Part shown: in pieces, positions 28,257 to 37,502 of the stretch
Layout: each line of letters starts with the position of its first letter
Numbering within the stretch: position 1 is the stretch's first letter
From: a virus
Virus record (IMG/VR): IMGVR_UViG_3300028043_000001
Coordinates: 32,001-96,000 of that record
Length of the DNA: 64,000 nucleotides
Direction: 5' to 3' (one strand)
Made by a program: the position numbers and the translations under genes
Notes under the pieces: generated by a model
Seen by the model: the letters and a program-made list of their open reading frames with translations, nothing else
What the model was told of the DNA's origin: nothing
The model's database searches: none

Positions 28257-29719
28257 TTATTCCATGCTTTAACTACGGATTGTTTCTCACTAACGCAATT
28301 CAGAGTGCCCTGTTGCAAACTTTGCCAAACTTTGAGGTCATTGTGGTTAACGATGGCAGCACTGACAACTCCTTAGAAGTAGCTCAGGGTTTTGAGTCAG
28401 ACGCTCGTGTCAAGGTAGTGGACCAACCAAATAGTGGCACGCCTGCTATTTCCCGAAACAGGGGCGCTCTTCATGCACAAGGTGATTATTTCGTTTTCCT
28501 CGATGCGGACGATATCCTTGAACCCGATGCTCTGAGAGAGTGGTCTACTTTCCTCAATCAACACCCCGAAATTTCTTTGGTCTACTCTGATCGCTTTGAC
28601 TTGCACAGCGATGGCTCAAAACACTACATCCATTTTCTGGATTGGAATACTGAGCGACTCAAAATTCCCCTCAACTTGTTTTCATATTGTAACATGATGC
28701 GTCGCAGTTTGTGGGAGGCGATCGGGGGTTTCCGTACAAACGTTCATGGGGTTGAGGATTGGGATGCCTGGGTAGCAATGGTCTCTCGAGGGCTTGTCGG
28801 ATATAGAATTCCGAAGCCGTTATTTACTTATCGAGTAAAAGAGGTAGGGGTTTTTCAGGATGTTGTACGTAATGAAGAGTTAAAAAAAGCACTCGTTATT
28901 GTGAATAACGCCGAGTTGTTTTCGGAAGAGGGCATCAAAGCTGCCAAAAACGTAATACCGAGAAACGTTGTGCAGCCCCTTGTTTCAATAATTATTACGA
29001 CCTTCAATAGACCTGAGCTAGTAAAAAGAGCAATTTGTAGTGCTCTCACTCAGACATACCGGAACATCGAAGTTATCGTTGTAAATGATGCGGGGTGTGA
29101 CATTAGCCCCCTAATTGAGTCTATCAATCGGAGTAATTTAAAATATATTACTCACGAGACTAACATTGGAATATTATCGGTTACGCGTAATAGTGGAATT
29201 GCCCAGGCCAAAGGTAAGTACATTGGGTTTCTCGACGACGATGACTTCCTGTATCCCCACCACGTAGAGTTTTTAGTGGAAGCTTTAGAAGCAGACTCCT
29301 CTCTTGGAGCTGCTTATTCGGACGGTATTTTTAGTGAGGTTGATTTTGTGAACAACATTCCCGTTATTAGAAACCAGTTTCGCACCCAGCATATCGATTG
29401 GCGGTCGAATATCTTTTTCGAAAATAATATAAGCCCCGTGACTGCATTTTTAGTTAGGAGAGAAGTTCTCGACGAAGTGGGCCTTTTTGATCCTCGACTA
29501 GGCATCAACGAGGATTGGGAACTTTGGATCCGTATCGAAAAGAACTTTCCCTTCAAGAGAGTCCCCAGAACTACCTTTGAAGTGGTTATTCCTGTTGAAA
29601 GTTGGAATTCCCCTACACGTAAACTTGTCCGCGAAAAGTTTTTACTGGGGGCAGCTCAAATCTTTAGGGAGGAGCATGGTAAGGATTTGGAGTATGTTTT
29701 AAAAATGTATGGTATGTAG
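28235..29719 (+). CDS. Double-domain GT2 glycosyltransferase
   Basis: Two GT-A units: VNDGSTD/LDADD/EDWD and VNDAG/LDDDD/EDWE. Confidence 0.92.
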   Translation: MYPRVSVIIPCFNYGLFLTNAIQSALLQTLPNFEVIVVNDGSTDNSLEVAQGFESDARVKVVDQPNSGTPAISRNRGALHAQGDYFVFLDADDILEPDALREWSTFLNQHPEISLVYSDRFDLHSDGSKHYIHFLDWNTERLKIPLNLFSYCNMMRRSLWEAIGGFRTNVHGVEDWDAWVAMVSRGLVGYRIPKPLFTYRVKEVGVFQDVVRNEELKKALVIVNNAELFSEEGIKAAKNVIPRNVVQPLVSIIITTFNRPELVKRAICSALTQTYRNIEVIVVNDAGCDISPLIESINRSNLKYITHETNIGILSVTRNSGIAQAKGKYIGFLDDDDFLYPHHVEFLVEALEADSSLGAAYSDGIFSEVDFVNNIPVIRNQFRTQHIDWRSNIFFENNISPVTAFLVRREVLDEVGLFDPRLGINEDWELWIRIEKNFPFKRVPRTTFEVVIPVESWNSPTRKLVREKFLLGAAQIFREEHGKDLEYVLKMYGM

Positions 29720-29730
29720 GTAGAAGTTTA

Positions 29731-30279
29731 ATGACTCCTCAAGAGGTATGGCAAGTATACTGTGGTAAGCAGCCCGTGATTGATATTGGGTGTGGATGGC
29801 ACATAGTATTTAGTTTCGATTATGTCAGATTCGACAAAGCAAGTCAGATATTGAGTCAAAAAACATGTGTTAATCACTACGGCGATTTTCATGACATGTC
29901 CAACTTCGCAGACAACACGTTTGCTTTTGTCAACGCAACGCATGTTATTGAACACGCCGAATTTCCTGAAAGGGCCTTGAGCGAGTGGCTACGTATCTTA
30001 CAAGCCGGCGGCGTGATCAATTTGACGTGGCCCGACTTAGATGTAGGGGATCGAGGCAAGATTGAGGAGTTAAAGAAAGCAGTGGATAGAGGAGACTTAG
30101 AGACATACCGAGCATTGGGAGGCGACTTAGCTTGGGTTTCTTTAGATAAAGATGGCAAGAAAATGTTAGATGTCCACTACAACAGAATTACTTTAAATGA
30201 CATGAAAAAATATTTAGGTGAAAAGGTTGTGGTACTCGCTGAGGGTATTGAATTTCTAATTGCAAGGAAGGTTTATTAA
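29731..30279 (+). CDS. Class I SAM methyltransferase
   Basis: IDIGCG, HVIEH, EWLRILQAGG. Confidence 0.8.
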   Translation: MTPQEVWQVYCGKQPVIDIGCGWHIVFSFDYVRFDKASQILSQKTCVNHYGDFHDMSNFADNTFAFVNATHVIEHAEFPERALSEWLRILQAGGVINLTWPDLDVGDRGKIEELKKAVDRGDLETYRALGGDLAWVSLDKDGKKMLDVHYNRITLNDMKKYLGEKVVVLAEGIEFLIARKVY

Positions 30280-30306
30280 CTTTATGTCTTTAGGAGTGAA
30301 CAAAAT

Positions 30307-31257
30307 ATAAGACCGCTTAAAATTTTTGGTGTTGCAGCAAACCACCGAAAGTATGGTGGTAAGGGGGGTGTTGAAAAATTCCACCACCACTTAAAAGAGG
30401 CTATAAATGCCGAGCCTCTTTTACCGCAAGAAGTTGTTGGTGCTCTCGAAAGATTTTCGGCCGAGAGTTTGCTTTTCGTAGTTGACGGTGGGCACGGCAT
30501 TGACATTCCTCACTACATTCCTTTAATTTCTGTTTGTCATGGAACTTGGGTTGCTTTGTGGGCAAGGGCAGACTGGCAGCCTGAACATCTTGGTTTTGAC
30601 GAAGAATGTTATGAACCTTCTCAACTACAAATGTACGGCAGGCGCGGTCAACCTGGAAGGCCAAACATGCTCCCCGTCGCAGTTTCCGCCGGCGCAAAGA
30701 GGGAGCTCGTTATGTATCATAATCGCCACGACGCGGTTACGATTTGCAATGGCGTTAGCACTCGAGAATTCTGCCCACTTCCTAAGCATACCGACAGGGC
30801 CCGGCCGATCATAATTCACGCCGCGGCAGATTGGCGGAAAGGGATTTATATTATTCCCAAACTCCAGGAGAGGTTGCCTCATTTTGATTTCCAATATTTG
30901 AATGCTGAAATTGGAGAAGAACCCGCAAAGTTTGCACGAGGTGACATGTTTGTGCACATCTCGTGCTCTGAAGGTAACGCTTATGCATGTCTCGAGGCGA
31001 TGAGCTGCAATTTGCCAATGGTGGTGACAAATGTCGGTCTATTTGAAAGTGACGTTGATAGTTCTATTGTTGGTCGTGTTATACCGTATGTATCAACAGT
31101 TGAGGAAATCTGTCAAGCAATTGAGGAAGTGTGGGAAACCAGAGAAAAATTCAATCCCCGAGAATGGATTTTAAGCAATGCCACATTCGAGCATTTTAGA
31201 GATAATTGGCATAGTTTAATTGAAAATCTCGAACAACTTGGATTAAAAAGGAATTAG
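30307..31257 (+). CDS. GT4 glycosyltransferase (probable ATA start)
   Basis: Frame is open upstream of 30469 and includes RPLKI...GGVEKF; also RKG, EGNAYACLEAMSC. Confidence 0.8.
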   Translation: MRPLKIFGVAANHRKYGGKGGVEKFHHHLKEAINAEPLLPQEVVGALERFSAESLLFVVDGGHGIDIPHYIPLISVCHGTWVALWARADWQPEHLGFDEECYEPSQLQMYGRRGQPGRPNMLPVAVSAGAKRELVMYHNRHDAVTICNGVSTREFCPLPKHTDRARPIIIHAAADWRKGIYIIPKLQERLPHFDFQYLNAEIGEEPAKFARGDMFVHISCSEGNAYACLEAMSCNLPMVVTNVGLFESDVDSSIVGRVIPYVSTVEEICQAIEEVWETREKFNPREWILSNATFEHFRDNWHSLIENLEQLGLKRN

Positions 31258-31261
31258 GAAA

Positions 31262-31924
31262 ATGGTATTTGTAGCAGATGGATTGGCGGCTAAAAGTATT
31301 CGTGCTATTTTTCATGGCTACCGTCCTTTTAAAATTGTTGAAACTGGTACTTTTCTTGGTCTTGGATCTACCCGAATTATAGCTGAGGCTATAAGAGATT
31401 ACAGCATCAACGCGCAATTTTACTCAATAGAGTGTAATCCCTCTTTCTTTAACGGAGCCACTAACAACTTGAAATCTTTGGGGTTAAGCATTTTTGTTGA
31501 ACTAATTAATGGGTTATCAGTTCCCCATTCTAGGTTACTCCCGCGCGAGGAAATCGTTGAGTGGCTCTCAAAACAACCCGCTGACTTATTTGACGACCTG
31601 CAAAGAGAAAGAAAGGCAGTTAACTACGTTGAAGAGACTTCATTTAATGTTCCTGACGACCAGCTCCGAGTTGTCCTAGAGAAGTTTAATTTTCGCCCCG
31701 ACTTCGTTTTACTAGACAGTGCAGGCTATTTAGGAAACGTTGAGTTTAACTACCTTCTAAGTTTATTAAAAGGTCCCACCTTTATAGTTTTAGATGATGC
31801 TATGCACCACGTAAAACATTTTGAAAATTGGCAGTTCATGTTGAATAATCCCAAACAGTTTAAACAAATGTTTACCGTTGACGAACGCTATGGTGTCGTT
31901 GGCTTCCACTACAATCCTGACTAA
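31262..31924 (+). CDS. Methyltransferase-like protein
   Basis: IVETGTFLGLGST, VLLDS, VLDD. Confidence 0.65.
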   Translation: MVFVADGLAAKSIRAIFHGYRPFKIVETGTFLGLGSTRIIAEAIRDYSINAQFYSIECNPSFFNGATNNLKSLGLSIFVELINGLSVPHSRLLPREEIVEWLSKQPADLFDDLQRERKAVNYVEETSFNVPDDQLRVVLEKFNFRPDFVLLDSAGYLGNVEFNYLLSLLKGPTFIVLDDAMHHVKHFENWQFMLNNPKQFKQMFTVDERYGVVGFHYNPD

Positions 31925-31985
31925 AAAAATTTTCTTCCCTCAAGGACCTGGAATTGAGATTTTTTGGGGTTAACAAAATTTGGAG

Positions 31986-32014
31986 TTGAAAAATTTTTGA
32001 TTATGTAGTATAAT
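31986..32014 (+). promoter_or_regulatory. Sigma70-type promoter
   Basis: TTGAAA-17 bp-TATAAT upstream of dUTPase. Confidence 0.75.
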
Positions 32015-32056
32015 AGGTTCAAAAGAAAAAAGAACACCTATTTGTGGAGAGTGTCG

Positions 32057-32482
32057 ATGTCGAAAATCCTGGTTAAATTGCACTACCCAAATGCATGCCC
32101 CCCCTCAAAGCCTAGACCCGAAGATGCTGGATGGGATTTGTATTCATACAGAGATCTGAGTCTCCAGCCAGGCACAACCGCAAAACTTGATTGTGGCGTG
32201 GCTATTTGGGTTCCCAACAATTTTGTTGGTCTTATCTTCCCACGCAGTTCGTGGCGAGCACGCGGACTGGTTTGTCACAGCGTCTACGATCATGGCTATA
32301 CTGGGCTGTGCCAACCCTTTGTTACTAACGCTTCGCGGCTTACCCTTCAAATCACAGAAGGCGAGCGCGTCCTTCAGTTCCTCTTTTTACCTGCACAGCT
32401 GGGGGATCAAATTCAGGTTGTTGAGGAGTTACCAAGCTCAAGCCGTGGAACGCTTGGTGCAGGATCTTCAGGTCGCTTTTAG
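32057..32482 (+). CDS. dut: Trimeric dUTPase
   Basis: AGWDL, PRSS, DHGYTG, RGTLGAGSSG. Confidence 0.92.
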   Translation: MSKILVKLHYPNACPPSKPRPEDAGWDLYSYRDLSLQPGTTAKLDCGVAIWVPNNFVGLIFPRSSWRARGLVCHSVYDHGYTGLCQPFVTNASRLTLQITEGERVLQFLFLPAQLGDQIQVVEELPSSSRGTLGAGSSGRF

Positions 32483-32757
32483 TGCAACTTTTAAAAGGCA
32501 TAAGGAGAAACCGTAAAATGGGGGATGTTATAGGCTTCCCGAAATCATGTCTTGCAGCACGCACAAACCAAATTTGCGCGTTCAATGATGACCACCTTCA
32601 AAGCTTCTTAACGGAAATCACAAAAGAGTTTCACGATTCCTTCGGTATTCATCTCCGTTTCATCCGAACAATTCCGCATGCAAGCCATGATCCAGACTTT
32701 TGTCGGCTCGAAGCTTGGGTGGAGATCAGTATTCCGAAACTATTAGGGAAGAGTTAA
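32482..32757 (+). CDS. Hypothetical protein
   Basis: AGGAG SD suggests start at ATG 32518. Confidence 0.45.
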   Translation: MQLLKGIRRNRKMGDVIGFPKSCLAARTNQICAFNDDHLQSFLTEITKEFHDSFGIHLRFIRTIPHASHDPDFCRLEAWVEISIPKLLGKS

Positions 32758-32769
32758 AGAGGTCTACAA

Positions 32770-33513
32770 ATGAGCGTTGACTATCGCGGGACAAGTTTTT
32801 CGGCGGTCTACATTGAGGCGACCACCTTAGGGGATGCGTGGTTTCAGTTGCTATTCAATGCCTACCACAAAGGCCGCCGTTACCTAATCACAAAGGGTTC
32901 ATATGAGGGAGGTCACCGCGTTGAGTTCGATTTTGCTGCAGGTTTTATAAAGTATCCCCATGACCGCCCCCTAGCCCCCATCATGCCCGAAGGAATCAAC
33001 ATCAGTTCACCTACTGATGACGAAAAAATCTGGGAGTATTTTGAGAATTATTTGATGGACCCGACGTTAAGTGATCATGAGGAATATAAATATGCTACAT
33101 GGATCAATGGGCCTATCCCTGGCTCCGACCTCACCCAGATCGACTGGGTCATCAAGCACTTCAAGGAATCGGGCTACGGAACAAATCATTGCTTCGTTCA
33201 AATTGGAGACCGTGATTCATTTATGGCCTACGAACGCCCATATACGTCAGAGCTGGAACGAGGTACAAGCCCTTGCCTGCGGGGCATTGATTTTAAGATA
33301 GTTGACAAAATTCTTACCACCACCGTTTACTTCCGATCGTGGGACCTCATAGGAGGCTTTCCTATAAACCTTGGAGGCATTGTCCACTTGAGCGAGTATG
33401 TCGCATATGCTCTGGATGATGTAGAACCGGGGCCTCTTGCTTTTTGTAGTAAGGGTCTCCATGTCTACGATTTTTATTTAGAGCTGCTCAAGTGCTTATT
33501 ACGAACCGACTAA
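32770..33513 (+). CDS. thyA: Thymidylate synthase-superfamily enzyme (methanogen/Desulfobacterota type)
   Basis: PCLR, FRSWDL, P.NL, SKGLHVY. Confidence 0.82.
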   Translation: MSVDYRGTSFSAVYIEATTLGDAWFQLLFNAYHKGRRYLITKGSYEGGHRVEFDFAAGFIKYPHDRPLAPIMPEGINISSPTDDEKIWEYFENYLMDPTLSDHEEYKYATWINGPIPGSDLTQIDWVIKHFKESGYGTNHCFVQIGDRDSFMAYERPYTSELERGTSPCLRGIDFKIVDKILTTTVYFRSWDLIGGFPINLGGIVHLSEYVAYALDDVEPGPLAFCSKGLHVYDFYLELLKCLLRTD

Positions 33514-33527
33514 AGAAGGAGAAACTT

Positions 33528-33767
33528 ATGTTAAGGTGGCCGATTGGGTTTGCGCTTTGCTTCTTGCTCTCAGGTAGTGCGGGAGCCCATCATGATTTCC
33601 GCGTCCCCGACCACAAAATTCACGAAACAAAAACTTTTAAAATTTACGTCTTACCGGATGGCCGCTTCTTGGTTGAACCTTTAAAGGAAAAACCTCGCTA
33701 TGAGGATTTAAAGAACGAAAATCCCCGCATTGGGGTAGAATTGGAGGATGACGATGTCGACGAGTAA
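33528..33767 (+). CDS. Putative exported protein
   Basis: AGGAG SD; signal peptide ending SAGA. Confidence 0.5.
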   Translation: MLRWPIGFALCFLLSGSAGAHHDFRVPDHKIHETKTFKIYVLPDGRFLVEPLKEKPRYEDLKNENPRIGVELEDDDVDE

Positions 33768-34467
33768 TGGGTGCGTTGTTTTACTTTCGGGGGGTATGGA
33801 TTCTACAGTGCTAGCTTCTCTGGCAACTCAGAACTTCGACCGCGTAGTTGCGTTGTCGGTTAACTACGCCCAACGCCATAAGCGTGAATTGGAAGCAGCA
33901 TCTAAAGTGGCAAAACACCTGAATATCCCCCACACAGTCTTGGATATTTCAAACATTAACAATCTACTCCAAGGATCGGCTTTGACCTCAAAAGAGGTCG
34001 AAGTACCTCACGGCCACTATGCTGCAGACAACATGAAAATCACTGTTGTCCCAGGAAGGAACACCATCCTTCTTAGCATCGCTTACGGCTTCTGCGTGAG
34101 TCTCGGCTTCACGAGCGTATCGTATGCGGCGCACAGGGGTGATTTTTACCAGTACCCTGACACACGATTTGAGTATGTACAGGCAGTTCAGAAGGTTTTT
34201 GAGTTAGGCCATTTCTGGCCCGTCACGTTGTGGACACCTTTTCTGGAAACCGATAAAGCAGGAATTTGCAAAATCGGTCTTGAAATTGGTTCCCCCTTCG
34301 AGCTCAGCCACACTTGTTATGAGGGAGAAGAGGTCGCGTGTGCCAAATGCGGCTCATGCGTGGAGCGTATTGAATCCTTTTATCTTAATGAAGCAATCGA
34401 TCCTATAAGTTACAAAGGGGGTTGGGATCACGCGTTGCAAAATATCTTCGCAGTGCTCGCTAAATAA
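33748..34467 (+). CDS. queC: 7-cyano-7-deazaguanine (preQ0) synthase
   Basis: SGGMDS, YAQRH, VPGRN, YPD, CY...CAKCGSC. Confidence 0.95.
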   Translation: MTMSTSNGCVVLLSGGMDSTVLASLATQNFDRVVALSVNYAQRHKRELEAASKVAKHLNIPHTVLDISNINNLLQGSALTSKEVEVPHGHYAADNMKITVVPGRNTILLSIAYGFCVSLGFTSVSYAAHRGDFYQYPDTRFEYVQAVQKVFELGHFWPVTLWTPFLETDKAGICKIGLEIGSPFELSHTCYEGEEVACAKCGSCVERIESFYLNEAIDPISYKGGWDHALQNIFAVLAK

Positions 34468-34505
34468 GGCGTTGCTCACATTAGCTTAAAGACACCAAAT
34501 TAAAG

Positions 34506-34985
34506 TTGAAAGACAAGCATTTTATGATACACGACTTTCTGTCAAAGCTATTGGAATTGCTTGATAGTGGACCTAAGTTTGACGAATTTGTTAGTGACTT
34601 GCAAAAAGATTTAGACCGCTATGCCAAGATTTCTGAGACCGATGCCGACCTTAATGCTTTACCTGCCGGTATTCAATACTGGATGGCAAAGAAAGCGGAT
34701 CTTGAGTTTTGCAAACGCTCTCTCGAAAAAGAGATGCGGCAGACATCGATTCCGCGGTTGATGGAGTTGGTTAAAAAGGGAAATTATATTTCATCTAAAC
34801 TGTTAGATGCCGCCCTAGAGTCCGTACCCGAATACTCGCGGCTCGCTGAACGTTGTTCTAAAGTTCAGTATGTAATCGACCTAATCCAGACCGGAGTTAC
34901 CGGAATGTGGTTCAAGAGGGATGCCTTGATTAACTTGAGTGCGTCGCGGCGGCGCATGTTAGACTCCGAGAAATTTGATTACTAA
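34506..34985 (+). CDS. UvsY-like recombination mediator
   Basis: Helical; KRDALINLS..RR end; next to SSB and RecA. Confidence 0.45.
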   Translation: MKDKHFMIHDFLSKLLELLDSGPKFDEFVSDLQKDLDRYAKISETDADLNALPAGIQYWMAKKADLEFCKRSLEKEMRQTSIPRLMELVKKGNYISSKLLDAALESVPEYSRLAERCSKVQYVIDLIQTGVTGMWFKRDALINLSASRRRMLDSEKFDY

Positions 34986-35022
34986 ACCAAATTTAACTTT
35001 TTAACTTTGGAGGATTACCCCA

Positions 35023-35874
35023 ATGCAAACTGATGTTTTGACCATGTTAAAGGAACAGTTGGACCCCGAAGAGTTTCGTAGGCTCACTGAAACTCGGCAA
35101 AGCCTCGAGAGGCGCTTCATGAAGTTGCAATCTGAAACCAACTACTTGCGCATCTTGCCTGGCGAGCCCGGAAAACTATGGTTTCGAGAAGTGCACAACC
35201 ATTTTAAAGTTGGAGGTCCTGATAAGCGCGGAGTTTGTGTGTGCCTCGCCGCAGAGAGGTTAACTCAGTCGAGGTGTTTCATTGAAGATGTGATTTCGTT
35301 TTATCAGAAATCATCCCACGCTGCCGACCAGGAATACGCGAAGGCCTTAAGAGCCTCACGGATCTATTGGGTAAATGCTTATGATGCCAAGTCGGATGAA
35401 CCTGTTGTGAGGATTGTACCCTTGAGTTACACCACCTTCCAACAGCTTTTCTCTATGTATCTTGCAGGTGAGCACTCCTTTCTTGATGTTGAAAAAGGAG
35501 TAAACACTATAATCACCAAACAGGCAGGCAACAAATACTTCGTTCGGTTAGGAACTCAAAAAGATCCCATTGCATCCCCAGATTTGCTTGATCAGCGGTT
35601 CGACCTCGATGAGATTGTGCAGCAGCAAATTCGGTCTTACGAAGAGCAAATGTCAATGTTCCCGGTCGAGCTCGTTGCGAAGATGAAATCGTTTGGTCTC
35701 GTTAAAGACAGCGTGATGCCTGCTGACTCCCCCCACTCCGACTTTTCCTTTACTGCCCCTATCACAGGTATTAGTGAGGAGAGGCAGGGCATGGGGGAAG
35801 ACGAGATAAATGAGCAAATGGAAGCCTTAATGAAGGTAGCCAAACGGTCGAAAGCCAACTTAGAGGATATTTGA
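35023..35874 (+). CDS. gp32-like single-stranded DNA-binding protein
   Basis: NYLRILP, WFREVHNHF, C..C, acidic tail. Confidence 0.7.
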   Translation: MQTDVLTMLKEQLDPEEFRRLTETRQSLERRFMKLQSETNYLRILPGEPGKLWFREVHNHFKVGGPDKRGVCVCLAAERLTQSRCFIEDVISFYQKSSHAADQEYAKALRASRIYWVNAYDAKSDEPVVRIVPLSYTTFQQLFSMYLAGEHSFLDVEKGVNTIITKQAGNKYFVRLGTQKDPIASPDLLDQRFDLDEIVQQQIRSYEEQMSMFPVELVAKMKSFGLVKDSVMPADSPHSDFSFTAPITGISEERQGMGEDEINEQMEALMKVAKRSKANLEDI

Positions 35875-35918
35875 ATCCTCCACCCGAACAAGTTAATGAG
35901 TGAGGAGAGGATGAAGAG

Positions 35919-36164
35919 GTGAAGACAAAGAAAAAAGAAGACATAAAAGTTACTTATGTCCCCGAGTTTTGCTGCAAGGATGCCGAGGAGGCAAAAAATG
36001 AAGGTTTTGTGACTTTCATTTTGGGCCCTCTTACCAACAGTGCGGGTTTTTTCATCGTCAACAAGGCAGGCAAAGTCCGTATGATCAAGTTCTGTCCATT
36101 TTGTGGGGCCCGCGTTGAGAACGTAGAGGGTAAGCAGCAATTTGTCGATGACGTTGAAATATAA
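35919..36164 (+). CDS. Small Zn-binding protein
   Basis: FCC...FCPFCG. Confidence 0.55.
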   Translation: MKTKKKEDIKVTYVPEFCCKDAEEAKNEGFVTFILGPLTNSAGFFIVNKAGKVRMIKFCPFCGARVENVEGKQQFVDDVEI

Positions 36165-36166
36165 GA

Positions 36167-36244
36167 GGGTGGAAAGCCCGGGCTAGCTTGGGGTGGGAAC
36201 TTAGGTTACCTGTAAGAAGGACGTTTCTCGCCCCGAGCTTTTTT
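36167..36244 (+). other. Structured intergenic RNA element upstream of recA/uvsX
   Basis: Long stem 36185-36239 with G-U pairs and an inner hairpin, followed by a T run. Confidence 0.55.
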
Positions 36245-36263
36245 AAACTTAGGGACTTTCTAT

Positions 36264-37289
36264 ATGTCAAAAGACGACAAGAAAACGAAATGGACCATTA
36301 AGCCAACTGACCTGGATTCTCCTGAGTGCCACTCAAATATTACTTCGTATGTCAGCACTGGGGTACCGACTTTAGACTTAGCGATAGGCAAGCCAGGATG
36401 GCCTGTAGGACGCTGCAGTTCTCTTGTTGGTAATCCAGGTGTTGGTAAGTCCTCATTAATTTACTCCACTTTAACAGGTGTGCAAAAAAGTGGTGGGATT
36501 AGTGTGCTCGTGGATTCTGAATTTTCTTTGGAAAAGACCCGCGCTCAAGCTGTAGGAGTCGACATTTCAAAGCTAATCCTGTTCCAAGGTATTCAACTTG
36601 AAGATTTTGTTCCTTTACTAGAGGAGATGATTGCAAAACGCAACTCTGTTGATCCTAGCACCTTACTCGTTGTGGCTTACGACACGGTCTCCGCTTTGCC
36701 CAGCGAGAGCGATCTTACTGTTAGTCCAGGCTCAATGCCGCAACCTGGCTTTCATGCTCGCTACTTCAGTTTTGCGTTTAGGCGACTAATGGAGCGGATT
36801 GCTAGTGAGAGGGTGGCCTTAATAATGGTTCATCAGCCAAGGACAAAAATCGCTACTATGGGATATGGTAGCACCCTGACTTGGCTAGCAAAGACTCCGA
36901 CGACGTTCTATTCATCACTAATCATTCAGCTTACAAAGTTCCGCGACCTTAAAAGTTCTCAACAAACAGTGGGTATTGAGGTGATAGCAAAGATAATCAG
37001 AAGCAAAATCGCCCCGCCATTGGGCCAAACGCGATTCAATGTTTTGTTCAAGAGCGGTGTAGACGGTATTACTCCAATCCTTGACATTCTCCTCCAGGAG
37101 GGGTTTGTTGAGAAGAAAGGGGGCTGGTATACCGTTATTGAAACTGGAGAAAAATTTCAAGCCAAAGACTTCCTGGACTACTATGAAGCACACCAACAAA
37201 GGCTTGACGAAATTGTCTCCTCCGCGTACGCTTCAGCGGAATCTTCCCTGGAAAGAGACCTTGAAGATTTGAGCTTTTCTAATTCCTAA
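36264..37289 (+). CDS. RecA/UvsX recombinase
   Basis: STGVPTLDLAIG..GWPVGR, GNPGVGKS, DSE, SKIAPP, KKGGWY. Confidence 0.92.
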   Translation: MSKDDKKTKWTIKPTDLDSPECHSNITSYVSTGVPTLDLAIGKPGWPVGRCSSLVGNPGVGKSSLIYSTLTGVQKSGGISVLVDSEFSLEKTRAQAVGVDISKLILFQGIQLEDFVPLLEEMIAKRNSVDPSTLLVVAYDTVSALPSESDLTVSPGSMPQPGFHARYFSFAFRRLMERIASERVALIMVHQPRTKIATMGYGSTLTWLAKTPTTFYSSLIIQLTKFRDLKSSQQTVGIEVIAKIIRSKIAPPLGQTRFNVLFKSGVDGITPILDILLQEGFVEKKGGWYTVIETGEKFQAKDFLDYYEAHQQRLDEIVSSAYASAESSLERDLEDLSFSNS

Positions 37290-37304
37290 AAGGAGGGCTG
37301 AAAT

Positions 37305-37499
37305 ATGCCACTCGAAGTTTTGCGTCCCGGAATTTTTCGACTTCACCACAACGAAATGCCCTTTTGCCCTGAGTGCGGTTCTAAGGACTTCGAATTTGAG
37401 AAGCTAAATTCACCCAAGCTTAAATTGCCCGCAGAGTCGGTCGTCATGATGTGCGAGGTGTGCGGCTGCGTTTTTAAGCTTTCCAACCTTGAGGGATAG
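37305..37499 (+). CDS. Zn-ribbon protein
   Basis: CPEC...CEVC; AGGAGG SD. Confidence 0.6.
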   Translation: MPLEVLRPGIFRLHHNEMPFCPECGSKDFEFEKLNSPKLKLPAESVVMMCEVCGCVFKLSNLEG

Positions 37500-37502
37500 T
37501 AA

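Noticed and set aside
36160-36250. tRNA or known riboswitch
   Set aside because: No cloverleaf or T-loop consensus, and no riboswitch consensus I recognise
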